Assembly (NCBI GenBank): GCA_030704615.1
Contig: CM060734.1
Coordinates: forward strand, 44,764,001-44,828,000
Source: Takakia lepidozioides
Lineage: Eukaryota; Plantae; Bryophyta
Direction of reading: 5' to 3'
DNA: 64,000 nucleotides
Shown here: positions 48,791-63,450 of the stretch, one piece after another
How positions within the stretch are numbered: position 1 is the first letter of the stretch
Layout of the letters: each line of letters starts with the position of its first letter
Notes under the pieces: generated by a model
The model's input: only the letters and a program-made list of their open reading frames with translations
Database searches by the model: none
Told to the model about the DNA's origin: nothing
Made by a program: the position numbers and the translations under genes

Positions 48791-50070
48791 TGTCCCTAAG
48801 TATGCGGAGTCTGAACGTCGTGTAACTGAAGGATTTTGGTACTCTGAATGGTTCACCAATTCTCAAAGTTTACACAAGACGAGCAAAACCTACACACAGG
48901 TAACTGTCCCCCTTTTGCAGAACAGTTGGCCGTACAAGTAAGGAAGGAACTCCACAATGCATGCTCCTTTTTTAGAGGGCCTAAATCAGATTTTCAACTT
49001 CAAGCTTTGCTTGGAAAATACATATAGGAGCAAACTACCTTCATGCGTCAAGGACTTGGAATTTTTTTGGCATATGAATTTTACAACTACCTCCATGCAG
49101 GTAATTTTAGGGTTTTCTACATGAAGGTAGTTGCAAAACCAGGCTGAACTACCTGCATGAGAGTAGTTGCATACCACCTCCGGGGTGGTAGTTAAACTAA
49201 GCGCCAACGACCGGAACTACGTTCGAGGAATGGAATTCGAGGCCTGCATCGTCACATCGCCATTGACCTACCACCAGACCACAACCTCCGCCGTGCCATA
49301 CATTTGACGTTTTTTCAATGTATAAGAGAAACAGGGGAATAGGGATCCTTTTAATGTAGCGGGGCCGCTGTCAGGTCCTGTCCCCTCTGCACCCTGCGTC
49401 CTCATTACGACGAGGCCACACAAAATTCTGAAGCGATGCCAAAGCAGCAGCAGAGCTGCTGCTGCAAGCCCACACGTTGTGGGGTGGTGTATAACTTAAT
49501 CATTGGGCGTGCACACACGAGAGAGACGGCGAGCGTGGTAGAAGGGGCGGGTGGGGGTTGGGGCGCAGCGACTAGCGAGGCACTACTTTCCGGCAGCGAA
49601 GTTACTTGTTGGACTCTTTTGGCGCTGCCGTCCCGTTGGCGCGTGCGGCCCTTGCGAAACGCACGGTAGTACGAACCAGAGGTACGGTTCTGTCCCGTCC
49701 AACCCCCAGCTGCCCTACTTGACTCGGTCGGAGCTTCCTCTCTCTCGCACCGGCGAGCCTGTGTTCAAATCCCGGTCATCAGGTCATGTGTCGTCTTACG
49801 TACGAGAATGCTTTTGACGTGACCGGCTCCACCTTATATCCCAACCGGGGGTGAGAATGAAATTGATGTGTTTCATCCGAGTAGAGATAACCAGGGTCAA
49901 GGGGAGGGCCTTGAAAGGGCGCGGAGGGGAGGCAGAAGAGAAGACGATCGGTGTGGTGGCGATGGCGGGGAGAGGGCAGCGAGGATTGGGACGGGGAGAA
50001 ATGGCGCCAGTGAGAAACCTCGCAGCGGGATTTTCCTAGGAGCGGGAAAACCGGGCTGGCGAGGAGGGGG

Positions 50071-53000
50071 ATGGAGTCAGTCTCACGCTCTCGCAGAAGG
50101 CGATCAGATCGGGGAGAGGCATCGCCAGGCTCTGGGGAGGAATCGCCGATCACTCTCTCGTCCCCGGGTGGTCTTGAAGTGATTGGGCAAGATGGAGGAG
50201 GGCATCAGCCAGTGAGTGTGTGGGGGGTGCAGGGGGGAGGGAGAGGGCAAGAATGCAGCGCATGGGAGAGCCCGCAGTCCAGTCCGGGGGATGCTTGCAG
50301 GTTTTCCGTTCCGCAGGCTCCTCAATTTCTGGCGCCGCCTTTCTCGCCAAGCTTCGGGGGGACGACGTCTCTCTTCTCCCCACTCCATGTCTTCTCCCCG
50401 CAGTCCACTTATCAGCAACCTTACATTTCGGGGTTCAATTGGCAGGGGCTAGTTGGTAATTCGCCGTCCGTGCTGCCTGGCTTCATGCAAGGGTTTACTA
50501 TCTCTTCGGATCAGGGAATCTTACCGGGGGGCTTGCAGATGCCAGTTTTACAGGGGGAGGGGAGTTGGCAGAGAGGCAGAGGTGGGGAGGGGGATGGCAC
50601 TAGCGATTTGTCGCTTGGCGACGAGTTTAGTGGTAGCGAAGAATCGAGCAGAGACGAATTGGATCGTTCATCTCTGAGAACGAAGGAAGTCACGAAGAAA
50701 GGAATTTCTGGATTGGAGACAGTGCGCACACACACAGGTAGACATGGAGAACTCAAAAGCTGTTAAAGGTCTTCATTACGCAGGCCGTTGCGCTTTTCCA
50801 TACTTGCAAGAGCTCGTATCTAGGATGTAAATGTGTCGGTGGACACTTACCTAGAGACTTAATTTTGCAAGGGTCCGATTTGAAAATAAGCACATTCTTA
50901 TGGCAATGCCTGACTGGCCATAGCGTGAATTTTAGCTAGGCCCTGAGTTCTTGTTCACATCAATCAGTTTTTGGTTTCTCATGAAAGTCCTTATAGATGC
51001 AAATATTAAATACGAGTACGGCAATCTACATGAATGTGAGTACATATGCGAAATATGCTTCAAAGGTTTTGCTTAGTATTGAGTTATTTCCCTCGTCTAG
51101 TATTTCTCCAGATCACTCATAATGTGTGCAACTCCTGTCTCAATCTGTCTTTTCAACAGACCATATAGGAAACACATGGTGATAATGACAAGTCAGATTG
51201 CCTGAGCACCTTACAAGGGGCAGTTGAGTCTCAAGCTGACACAAGTTTCAACCAATTTGATGCAGGTGGCCGGAAAAGAGATTTGAAGAGGGAGGCAGCC
51301 AAGGAGAAGTCTAGAGAGGTTTCTCATACACACAGGGATATCCTTAAGGTAATTCCTTAGCGTGTTTGGCATAATATGTGAATCGTGGTACAACACCCCT
51401 TGTTGCATGGTTCAGGCCCTATGGAAGGAGAGAATCCCCAAGGGGCAGAGGAATGAGGATTTGCATATAGGAAGGTCACACAAGCCACACAAGCACACTA
51501 CTGATTGCTTCAACATTGTGAAGGCAGGATGGTGAACATTGTCCAACCCATGTGACTAGTTGCGGCCACAGGAAGAAATGAAAACCGATAAGGGATATGT
51601 CCTGTAAATTCTCAGGTGTCTTCCCTGGGGCAGTCAAGGAGGCTCCCTGGATAAATAATGACGAGTAAGTTGAGTTAAGAGTGGATAATATTCCAAGTTT
51701 TCTACTCACATCATGATTTCGATTCATATTGTTGATGCTTATTGTATGCTCTCTAATGTTTAACGAATCCAGGTGGGAAAGAACAAACTGAAACGGAAGA
51801 AACAACGAGAAGCACACCATGTTCTTGAGACAGGACACCATGAGGACACTATGGATTGTGAACAGTCAATATCATCCTCGGAGACAGAATCTAGTAGCAC
51901 TGATACAGACAGAGGGAAGGCAGAGGCTGCCAATAAGAAACGGAAAAAGGCTGGACAAGATGCAGATGGCAATGTCACATGGACTGATGAATCTGTGAGG
52001 TTCCTGTTTGAGACATATGATGCTATACACCGCCGGCTATGGGAGGAGAGTAATGGTCAGGTCAAATATCAGAAAAAGTGGACTCCGATTCTCAAAGCTA
52101 TGCAGGAGAGATTTGGAAAGCATTTCTCTAAGAAACAATGCCAGAGCAAGTATTGGAGTGTGAGGCGTGAATGCACAGATTACAAGTAAATCCTTTGCTC
52201 AACACACGCAGCTCTAGCTATAATAACCTGAAGGATTGTCACTATGGAGTCATTGACAGTTTTCCTACTCATCCTAGGGCATTTGATTATTTAGCACTAC
52301 AGCGAGGACTGCCAGACGACATGGCCCTATTGTGCACTTGTATTATGGCTTTGCAGCACTTTTGGAGGTCAATCAATGTCCTTCTAGATGCAGGGTTTTT
52401 ACATATTTCTGAATCTGGACATGCCTATGAGAAAACTGAGGAGCTATTGCCACTTGTGTATTAATGTAAGCATAGCGTCAATCATTTGTGAAAATCTCAC
52501 AAATTTTGTGTATTGTTATAATGTGTTTCAGGTATATGACTGCCAAGATTGCGCGGTCTGATCCATCCTGGAATCCCAGCATTGTTGGGAGGGAGCTGCT
52601 CAAGCCCAAGTTCTATGATGTATGGTATGGAGTCTCAGGGAAAAACCAGGCATTGCTACCAAAAATGGACCCTGCACCCATCAGCTGCAGAGAAGAACCT
52701 CTCACTGGCCAAGCTCCTAGGCATGAAGCTTATACTGAGCATTCACGGAGTTTCCTTGGGAAGGAGGTTCCTTCCTCACAGCACCGACTGAAAGATTGTG
52801 GTAGTGCTATGAGAGAGATGCAGCGACTAATGCATGTCCAACTGCAGGTAGGTGTTTCACTGTATTAACTCCGTGGTGGTTGAATGTTGACATGTTGATT
52901 GTTCTTCAGCACATGCTTTTGTAGGCTGCTGACATATATCAGCAAATTCTTTGCATGTCTGGATTGTGAAATGATCTGTTTTTCTGTGAGTTGAGGAGGA

Positions 53001-53349
53001 TGGGGTTCTATGGTTGGGGCCCTTGACTTTGGTAAAGAGACAGGCTTGACAGCACAGTTGGTAATTATACTCCTGTAGACTTAATAGGTAAATTTTTTTG
53101 CTGCAGGCGTCAGAGAAGAGGGAAGAGGCCATGAAGTACCGTGCAGAGCTCATGATGGAGCTGCTGACGCAGCATATGGAGCATGTGGAGAAGAGAGTAA
53201 GCAATTTGGAGGAAGGCCGACAGCCCCAACTATATCTGCTTGAACGAGTAAACCACAAACTTGAAAAAGTGCTGGAAGGCTTCACTTCGTTGAACGAGAA
53301 TCTGTCCACCATTGCATATCGAATATCCAAGGGCCTCAAGGGCCAGTAA
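50071..53349 (+). CDS. Trihelix (Myb/SANT-like, GT-1 type) DNA-binding protein with C-terminal coiled coil
   Basis: Exons 51773-52185, 52532-52847 and 53107-53349 splice in frame; WTDESVRFLF..KKWTPILKAMQERFGKHFSKKQCQSKYWSVRR. Linkage to the Ser/Gly-rich exon at 50071-~50737 is likely but unresolved. Confidence 0.78.
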
Positions 53350-55149
53350 GGTGATAATCTCTCAAGTATATTTTATTTCCTACTATTTACCTTCTTTCCT
53401 TGTTGTGCATACTTTTGTCCCTGTCTGTAAGTTTTTTTCATCTTTTGGTTTTGACAGTTGCCTGGTGTTTACCAGAGAGGAAGCCGAGGAGTCAATGCAT
53501 TTTAGTCTTCAAATGTCAGCCTCTCTTGTCTGATTGAGGTACGTTAGCCGCATTGCAGAAGGGATAAGCTTTGCATGATCGCTAATTTTATTGTTATTTG
53601 GCTGGGGAGTATCTTGGAACAACTATTTGCTGTTCTATGGTGGTTCTATGGGCTTTTTTCTTAACTGCTATTTTCGTAGGTTGTATCTTATGGGTCCATG
53701 GCTAATGAGATGCAAGGGTCAATGAGCTAAGGACAAGTTTGGGTGCAAATTACCCACCTAACATGTGTGTCCTGCTCATATGACTCTTGTTGGCATCCTC
53801 TTGTGGAAATCTGCCTTGGTGGACCCAAACCTAGATGGTATTCATGGTTCAATGCTTTACATTTGCAAGACTTTTCCCCCATAAGCAGATTGCAGATGTC
53901 TTCCCTTTTTATAGCTGTCTTCATTCAGTGTTGGAGATGTTTACTTCGATCCTGCACACTCTGGCCATCCTCATTTGTGGGAGTGGAGTAAATTATGGCT
54001 CATGTATATGTCAATATGTCTAAGTCTCTGGGGCCCTTTGATCATAGCAGAAAATATTTTCAATACAAAGTCGGACGTCAGGAGCGGAATCTCAACCACC
54101 ATTATATTCACAGTTAAGTCCCCTGCAAAGGGACACCGACCCTGACACTTAGCACTGGCCTCTTTTCACTGGGAGAACTGTTTGGCTTGTTTTCATCCTA
54201 TCGGTAAATGTGACCTGCTTGTATCAAATTTGTCCTGCATGCAGCTTCCAAGTGCTCGCATCAGAGATTGGCTTGATGGCTACATTGGTTTCTTGTTCAT
54301 TTAGAGTTGCAGTGTGGTGTAGCGCAGTAGAAACTTAATGCTACAGAACCACCCTTGTTCCTGTTAGTGATGTCTATAGATTGGTGCCTCCATTCCGTAA
54401 AGAAGCATCGTCAATTTTGTGTACCATACAGACCAGAAATATTGAGATCTTGTTGCTCACGTCTGAAACACCAACAGTGGATGGTGTCTTGGCACTAAAT
54501 AGCATTGCAAACCAGGTTATTTGGCCATACTTCATACTACAGGCCTTTAAGACAGACTTTCCAAGTTTGAAATTTGAGTGTACTGTATTCATGGCTATCA
54601 ATGATAAGCTATTGTGCCTCTACTAGCTATTGTCTTTCTGAACGGGAGAGATAAGGTGATAGAATACCACAGAGACCATGAGTTCATATGAACCTGTAAT
54701 ATATAGGAACTTCCCTGTGCCTGCCACCTGCGGATGAGGGCAAGCATATTAAAATTGATGTGGATAGACAGAGCTACAACTAGCAGTCAGGAAAGTTTAC
54801 AAAGAACTCTTGTCTGGAACTTAAAACTTAGAAAGTTTATTTTGTATTTTCTAAGTGTCCACATTCCTTCCTTCACTGAAATGACTTTGAACCTGTTGAA
54901 CCGAGGAAATCTGGTAAATTGTCCCTTGGGAGATGTGGATTCAGCAGAAACAAAGATAGTTCCAATATGCTTATAAGATCCAATGGGAAGAATGTTAAAT
55001 CTAGTTGATATAACTGTAGCTCTCAAACGTTGCATGAATAGCTCCATCTTTCCAGCAGACTTCCCAACAAACTTAATGTACACTTCTTCGTTTGCTGTAG
55101 CCTAATTGTCAACAAATAGAGTGAGATAATGAAATAGCACATGTTTAAG

Positions 55150-55181
<32 letters not shown>

Positions 55182-57795
55182 TCACTTCCGAGGCAAACTA
55201 TATGCGGCGTATGCACTATCTCTCCCTGCCAAAGCATCTTTCAGGTGGTTAAGAATGCGCCTCTCCCCTGGCAGTGCCTGTGTATCTTTAGCCCCCTGAC
55301 GCCGAACTGTAAACATCCAACTGCCATCACCGTTGCCTCTATTTTTAGTGCCCTCGGAGGGGATAAATGGGTCACCCAATGCTGCACTCTCAGCATCCTT
55401 AGAGGATTGTGTAGTTTGCTCAACAATTGCAACAAGAGCCCCAAGAGACGTTAGCACTCCATTATCTGCTGTCACAAGGGTGAGTTGAACACCATTGGGG
55501 AGAAGGTCGGTGCGGAAAGGCATGGGGAGGGGAAGCTCACTAGAGGATGCAAATGTGACTGCCCAATCTTGTACCAGGGTTACTACCTGGGAAAATGTGA
55601 GCGAAGAAATTGGTGTCAATACCTTACAAGACATACACCATTTCCATTATCTATCCTTCATTGAAAATCCAACACTCCAACGGTGGTGACTCTTCCTCTT
55701 ATGAACCTGGCAGCAGTAAGTCCTGACGTAATCTACCCTGCATAAGAGGGAACATTAAGGGAACATTTACCTTAGGAACTTCGGCTCCGCTCAAGGAGAA
55801 GCTGAGGAGTTCAGATGTGCAGGAGCGTCCAAAGAGAGCCTTCCAAGGCCACTCCCTATCCCTCCCATTGCCTTGATGACGCTCAGCTGGCATAGGTTGT
55901 TCGGACATCTTAAAGTGCATTCCCCATGACCATAGCCTCCAAAATGCTCCAGCCCTGATCTTCAAATCAGCATCTACTCGTGCTTGCTTTTGGGCAGGGG
56001 TCTCATCCATTGCTGCTGATTTTGTCCATTAAACATGTCAACAACTAAAAGGGTCAGTAAGCAGCACTAGTCCACCTGCAGAGGAGAGGATCTGTCCAAT
56101 GTGTATTCTGGACGCAGAGGCGACAGATCATATTTATTTTTCCTTCAGCTATGAGGATGCTCACTGCAATGACTTTCAGCCAACTGATGGAGTTATTCTC
56201 CTGGATATATGATGATAAGGCTACTTCCTCTAAAGGAAGACTTACTTCCAAGATGATGATGCAACAAAGATAGATAAATAGAAAGCAAGTATTCACCAGG
56301 GTTGTAGCCTTGGGTTTTCTTTTCTTCCATTTGGCGCTTGAAAGTGCGAGCAGCCATGAAAACATTCGAGGGACGCTCCCACCCACCCCCGTACACTCCA
56401 TTGCTTTGCTTCTGTTGAGGGCGGATCATATACTCCAGAATGGGCAAGTCTTCTCTCTCCACATAGTGTATGCAATCCACAGGACATGACTCAATTGCTA
56501 CCTGATTCCATCGCACACAAGGCCATGGGTGAACACTCTCTCTTCCTTCCCAGCTATGGAAAAGGCCTTCACTTTGAAGACCAGCAGTGTTTGGCGGCTT
56601 ACCTGAATGAGGCAGTCTGTTCCTGTATGACATTTGATGTGGCTTTCTTTTCTTGATCTGTTCTGTCCCTAAAAAGATATCAGGGACATTGACCTCTAAG
56701 TGAACCCAAGGAAATTAGAAGTCAAGCAGACCTTGATGGAAGGTTCAGGATCACCCCATTGTGTCCTGACACGGGCTGTACCCTCAGAGTCATCCATTGT
56801 GAAGGTGTTGCTGGCCCTGAACACACATTCACGGCACCCTGCCAATAATATACAAGCAAGGAGACCCATGCTTTCAGTGACGCAGAAGTAATATAAATCA
56901 CAGAGAGAGGGAAAAATACTCATAAACCTATCAATCTGCTGTTACAACAGATGGTAGAGCAATGCCACACACCTGTGGAGTATAACCCCTCTGATTGGAT
57001 GGGAATCTGATTGGGAAACCACAGATATTCCAACCAAGAGGCTCTGATTTGGAAGATTAAGCTTGGGTGAAAGCTGATGCAACATAACAGCACCACAAAG
57101 GAGAGACTCAAAAGAACTGACATAGTTCTACTTACCATCTTAGGCTATTTTTAACAATCTTGCCATGATTGCAGTGCCAGAAATATTGATAGAGAGTGTG
57201 CAATGGACAGCATACCAATACAAGTATGCTCGTCTACAAAGATGCCTTGAGGTCGATCAGGGCCGAGCCAATCACTATAAGAGGACCCGGAGAAAGACGA
57301 GTGCCCTGCTGCACGCATTGCTGCCTTGTGAGAATGGGCCATGTTATAAGCCCCCCGAAGATTGTCATCCATCAACGTTCTGTATGCCTCATTCAGCAAC
57401 AATGTCATCGTGTGTCCCTGTTCATTCATTTACTTTTAAGTCAAACAGGAAAAATGCTACTGATGCATCAAATACAGTGGAAGCCCTGGAGGTATAAAGA
57501 TTGAAATCACGTTCCTTTAGCAGAATCTCTTTTCTTTTTGGCCCACCTTTTCCCCCTCTCTCGCCACTAGCACTGGAAAAACAAAACATAGCAAGTATAA
57601 TTGGCTGAAAGCAACCTGCAAACAGGACACATGGAATCATTTGGTCATTCAGCTCACCTCCATTCCTACGATGTCAGGGTGGTGCTGCTTTTGCAGCATT
57701 CTATATGCCTTCCGAATGTCACTAGGAGACGTGTCCACCGAAACCCCCAGCACATCGTAGTAGTCTTGTGGCCCATCCCCTGTATCCGTCACTCT
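55182..57795 (-). CDS. DJC76: Chloroplast DnaJ-ferredoxin co-chaperone (DJC76/CDJ3-5 type); N-terminus disrupted
   Basis: Exons 57658-57795 ([12 protein letters not shown]), 57216-57417, 56732-56838, 56297-56501, 55771-56015 and 55182-55586 splice in frame. 4Fe-4S motif [20 protein letters not shown]; C-terminal [15 protein letters not shown]. In-frame TAA at 57796-57798. Confidence 0.85.
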
Positions 57796-60417
57796 TTACA
57801 TAATTATTTGCCACCCAACTACAACCATTTCCCCCCTTGTCTGTCTTTCTCCCTCTTTTCATATTGAACTTAATACCAGCAGTATCCCATTGTGATCTTT
57901 TTTATATCCTCCACTCGTCACCGAACCACTTAGATTACCTCTTAATCACCCAGAATAGAACATTGTTGGCTGAGGAGAGCTATTGCCACGGTGTGGGATA
58001 GATCCTGCTGGGACAATCTCTAACTCTGTAAATGGCAAAGCATCACACTTATTGGTACATTCTCTCAATCAGAAATAGTTGGAAGGATCAAAGCAAATAG
58101 CAACCAGATGGCTTTACTGAAATCCTTTCAAATGAATATAATCATGCACACGCTCATGCTGTCCAACGTACATCAATAGGGGGCCCAGACAAAAAAAAAA
58201 AAAATTCGTGCTGAATACCGCTTCTTTCAGTTTGACCAATTCTACCTTTATTTCTGGTGCTTCCGCTTTGCGCCCCTGTAGCCGCACATGTCACACTGCC
58301 GACCCCCCTGCCTCATTTACGAGAAACATAATTTCAAACTCTGCAGAAAGGATAACATCTTACGGAGATGACAATCAGACGAAAGAGTCACTGGTTAAAC
58401 CGTCCTCCTTGCAACTGAGAATGTACTCGCAAGACGTTTTTGCCGTAGCATGTTGCATATTGAGAGAGAAAGAGAGAGCGAGAATATTCACCGGTGGCTG
58501 AGGTCCAAGAAAGCGGACCCGCTCTCCACACTCCATAGTTTCCTTCCTGCTCTCAGAGGCAGAAGTCCAGAAGCAGAACTTCCGAGGAGCTGTGACCAAG
58601 GGGCAGGTGAGAGGCAAGGTAACACGAGACCCGCTGAGTGCCTCACCACTACATCCATCTTCCCTCACTGGCTGCCCGCTCTCCTTTTACTCTTTCTTTA
58701 TCACAGCAATGAATATGAGCTTTGGAGTTTTGAATGTTTTGGCTGCCAAACTGAATACAATACAGCAGATGAAGAGTTCTTCTTCAATTCAGCAATGGAG
58801 ATAATAAAGTATTCACGATTCAGCTGCCGCACTGCAGAATATGACTAAATCGAACTGTAGTACAGATTAATTTCCTTATTCAATTCACGGATCAAGATAA
58901 AACATTTCATTGTCTAGCTGTAGTTGCAGGGATGCACGGATGACGATCACACTGTTGTGACACTATTTCCGCTATCGGTAAACCCCTGCAATCAAGATTT
59001 GAAGAAGATATCAGCTTCTCTGAAAAGGAAATATCATCAGGCTCGCGAAGAAGATGTAATTACTAACTTCCCCGTAAGTGCAGAAATCATAACAAATATG
59101 CCTACCGCCAAACCACCGCACACACAGAATGGCAACGAGACAACTAACAACAAGAGGAAGAGGGCTCATTACCTTGCGAACGAGTGAACGAGGAAGGCGC
59201 GCGAGCTTCCTCCGAGTGAACACATCCAACGAAGCGAGACGACCAGAGACAACACAAAAGCGTTTGCTTTGCAAGTGGCGATGCGCTACCAATCGCCGTC
59301 AGTCAAGACGGACGCCGTCAATGTGCTGTCGCTACATCCACCGTCGATGGTCCCGATCCCGTCACCTAGCGACGGCGAGGCCCTGAGTCCGCCGTCGGGC
59401 CAGCAAATATCTTCCCGGAAAGAAAAAGCGCGGTACGAGCGGTTGGTATTACACAGCGTGGTGTTCATGGATGAATGAAACATAACTACCGAGAAAGGGA
59501 TGTCGGATTTAATGAACAGAAGCATCCGTCCAAGCCCATGCCTATTTCAAAAAGACGAGGGAGAGAGAGAGAGAGAGAGAGAGAGTTATTAAGGTGCTGC
59601 TTCTTGCGATCTCTTCTTCGAGCCGCGTGATCCTCAGTGATGCAGCTCCACGCTGCGCAATTTCTATACATGTGAGAAAAAGATTGCGCATAAACAGAGA
59701 AATGAAATATTTCCAATGCTGGTTGATCAACAGATGAAGAGCGTGTAGCGAGCAGACAAAGTGTGTTTTCGGAGGACAACTATGACAAAACTTCCGTCTT
59801 CCCATCAATTCGGGCAGCGTTCCATTCTCTCGATGTTCTCCAATCCACATCTTACGTAAGTAGTGGTCCAAAAGTTCTCTCTCTGTAGTTTCTGTTGTTA
59901 TACAATTTCCTTTTGGTGGTTATGTGTTGCTTTGCTTGTGTCCCTTTGGTTTTCTTTCTTCGTTTCTCATGTGGACATAATAATTTTCTTCTTCCCGTTT
60001 TCTCTCTGTAGACGTATTTGTGTACCACAATGTCCTGTATGCGTTTGTCTCCCGCTCATCGTTTCCGTGAATGAGTCACTCTGTCTATCCGTCTGCCTTC
60101 TTACTAATACCTTCACTAAGCTACGGATATGATATGGGAGTTGAACTACCGGGAATCTTGCAGGACAGGGAAGGGAGTGGCAGGTTCTCAAGATGACACT
60201 GGCATACCTCTCATGGAATTTCTAAATCGTAAACTGAACAAGCGCTCGTTTAGAAATCAGGTCACCCCTTATTCCTTGAATCTCTTTACCAGTCTGTTTT
60301 CTACATCCTGTCCGCTCTAAGTTATGATGTTAAAAAATTGGAATCCTATTCCAAAGTAACGCCTACATGTCCTTATGTCTTGTGAATCTTGCGTCCATCT
60401 CTCTCTCGCCTCCTACA

Positions 60418-63400
60418 GAAGTCGACGAGACTGAGGCTATCCTCTGTCCGATATGTAGTCTGACGGCAAGGATAACGAATATTTTCTGGTGGATCACAAT
60501 TGGGTACACCTCTGAAGGAGACTGCCTCTGCACCTCTTCCGGTTCAGTTGAAGAGTTTCAAGACTGTCCAAAAGCTATGGCTTTCCTTAGACCTGAAGTT
60601 TGAAGCGAAGTTCAGTGCTTTCAGAAATTTGTAAGGCGAGAATCATTTTATTTTCCAAGGGGTCCACTTAGTGGCACTAGCCTCCTGCGATGGTAGTGAC
60701 TTCAATTCTATACCAACAAGTCTAATAAGCGCAAATTCCTCTTTATCACTGTTGTTCGGTATGAAAAAGTTAATATCATGGTTGCACCAAGGCTCATTGT
60801 GGAAACCTTGTAATGCTATCTGGTGCAGGGACGTCGAATCCATGCAGGTATAACTCCAACAGTGGAGAACAAGCTGGAATATAATGGAAGGGGTCACTCT
60901 GAGAAATGGTAAGTTGAACCTCAGCCTCAACCTCATACTGTCAATTCTTTTATAACAGACAGTTTACAAGTCTAGTGTTTATGATATATCTACATGGAGG
61001 AAACCTGTGGTAGGCCTGGTCAACTGCGGCAGGGGGTGATCCTCTGTCACCAATCCCATAAACAAGACCAGGAAAAAATCAGACCAGAACATCACCAAGT
61101 TATGAATAGCACACAAGTTCCAGATGTAATGAAATGCCAGCCCATGTTGCTAATATGGCTTATCTTGTCAATGATAGTTAGTTCTTGTCGCTTTACATCA
61201 TGCTGGATAGGGTACTCTGTCGCACAGAATTACACAGAGAAAAACAGGAGTTGCAGCAGAGCACAGAGAACCATGACACTCCAGACACACAGGTATGTCT
61301 ATATTTGTCTTGCTGGGAGGGTTTTATGTAAGAAAATACCAAATATCTCTGCACTGAACTTATCTGTCCATTGCAAGATGTACCTCAATACTTGTGGATG
61401 GAAATCCTATGGGACTTTAGTGAGCATAACCTAGAGCAAGAGGTTGGTATTGTATGAACATGAAGATATTTTCCTAGGAAATGCCTTTCTGTAAGACTGT
61501 ACGCTCTTATGTTGAAGGCCCTGCTTTGGTTAAGAGCATAAAGCTGATAATAGCCTGTTAGAAGCAGAAGCACTTCAAGGAAGACTTTGCACTTGTATTA
61601 GAGTAAGACAGCCAGAGATGTGCAGAAGGGGCCTATGTTTGCGGTAGCTTATCAATGCTATCCTGCAAATTCCAACTCTTAACAGTAATGTCTTCCTGCA
61701 GCCTAACCAAGCCTTTTTGGACACGGTTGTTGCTGAACACCTCAAACCAAGATTTTTCACTCCATCAGTGAGGAGTGATGCTCTGAAAAGCCAGCAATGT
61801 GCTGGGAAACGGCAGTTCCGAGAACTTCCTGATATAGGAGATGATGCAGCAAAGGTCCAAAGATGTGAATCTTTACACTGTAGAAGGCCTACAGATACAG
61901 AACAAGTTATCGATTCTCTTTCCAGGGACAAAAAGGAGGATAGACGGATATGTGCTGAGCTGGACAAGCAGAAGAGGCCATCTAGCAGTGGCAGGCCACA
62001 GTGGCAGGGTGCCCAAAGGGGTGCAGAATCTTATTCTTCGGATTTCATAGACTTGACTACCGGCAAAGATGAGGCACTGGGAATAGAGGTTTTTGAGCAT
62101 GATAGAGCTCTTAGATCTACAGATCCAGGAAATTTGGCAGGAGAGAATTTCCAGCAATGTCCAGTCTGCAATGATTTGGTTCCGGAAAATGTATACTCTC
62201 TTCCCGCCTTCCCCACCCTTTTAGTCATGAGTGTCAGAGAAAGATTTAGTGTAGTGTTTCTCTGTGTGAACTGCTGTGAAAGGAGTCATAACACAAGATT
62301 AAGAGTATGCATGCATCCATGACTTCAAAAACAAAAGCATATATGCCTGAAGCTCAGATATGACTGACTTGACATAGATGTGGAGTTCCAGTTTTTGGAA
62401 GCCCAGTTATTGAGGCTGCAGCCCCTGCTCCCCTAAGGAGCAGTCCAGTTTCATTACATATTGACAATCTGCTTGTTGAGCTGATCTGACAAGTGAGTTT
62501 TCTGCAGAGTTTACAGGAGCATGTGGAATCTGAGCTGGATGGCCTGGTACCCTTCTGTCCCACCTGTTGCCCCATTTCAGTGCTAGAAGCACTTGATCCA
62601 CTTGTGTAGAAGTGTTGTTTTCTCTTCTAGGTAGGTATTGGAATTGGAGGGAGGATGCAGTCAGACAGTTCTAAGCTTAGATGTCTCAAGTATTGACAAG
62701 CCTTCAATCTTGAAAGTTTTGTATTTTTTTGAGAATGATTCAGACCTGGTAGATCTCTACACTCACTATACCAACAATAGGCTTTCTCCCACATTATTTA
62801 CGCTAATTCCGGTTGGCGTCATCTGTCTCCGTAGGTAGATTTAGTCATATTCCTGACACACTCCAGGGTTTCCACAGCCATTTTAGTCTTATTCCATATA
62901 CTTCCATGCTCTGATTGAAGGTGTGCCAATCAGGGAAGAGGTTCTGCCTGGAGGATACTAATCTAGCTTGTTTGAGTTTGTCACATTGTAACGGGTTTGT
63001 TACATGGGTCTTGACAGCCCCCATCCTGGTGCTCATGTTTTTTTCAATATCCTTCAACTTATATTATGCAGAGTCTAGTGGACAGCAATACAGCAGATGA
63101 GTTAGCTGCAAGGCCAAGATGGGCACCCTGTGGCTCAATCGAGAAGAATCATGATGGACGAGGTTGGGATTGGCAGCACAGACAGCTACCTCAAAGAAAC
63201 ACTAAAGCAGGTAACTAGAAATTAGCGACTAGAAGTTAGCCAGCTCTTTATTGCCAGTTTGACATTTTCCATTCTGGATTCATTGATGCAGGTTTGATAT
63301 GCTGGTGCCTTTTGCAGAAGTTCCGTTGCAATCTCACGGGGTCAAAAACAGGTCCAGATGTGCCTCTCAAAGTTTGCTGGTGCTGGGGGATGACCTGAAG

Positions 63401-63450
63401 CCACGGACACGACCGAAGAAGACTCCAAGACCAAGTGCTGTCTTCAATCA
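60418..63450 (+). other. Unresolved multi-exon gene or pseudogene with several UBZ-like Cys-pair motifs
   Basis: LCPICS (~60445), QCPVCNDLV (~62160), LQEHVESELD..FCPTC (~62510-62570), plus exon-like segments with AG/GT ends. Frames do not join cleanly. Confidence 0.4.

Noticed and set aside
50071-53349. PIF/Harbinger transposon Myb-like ORF
   Set aside because: No adjacent DDE transposase, TIRs or TAA/TTA TSD were found; treated as a host trihelix gene.
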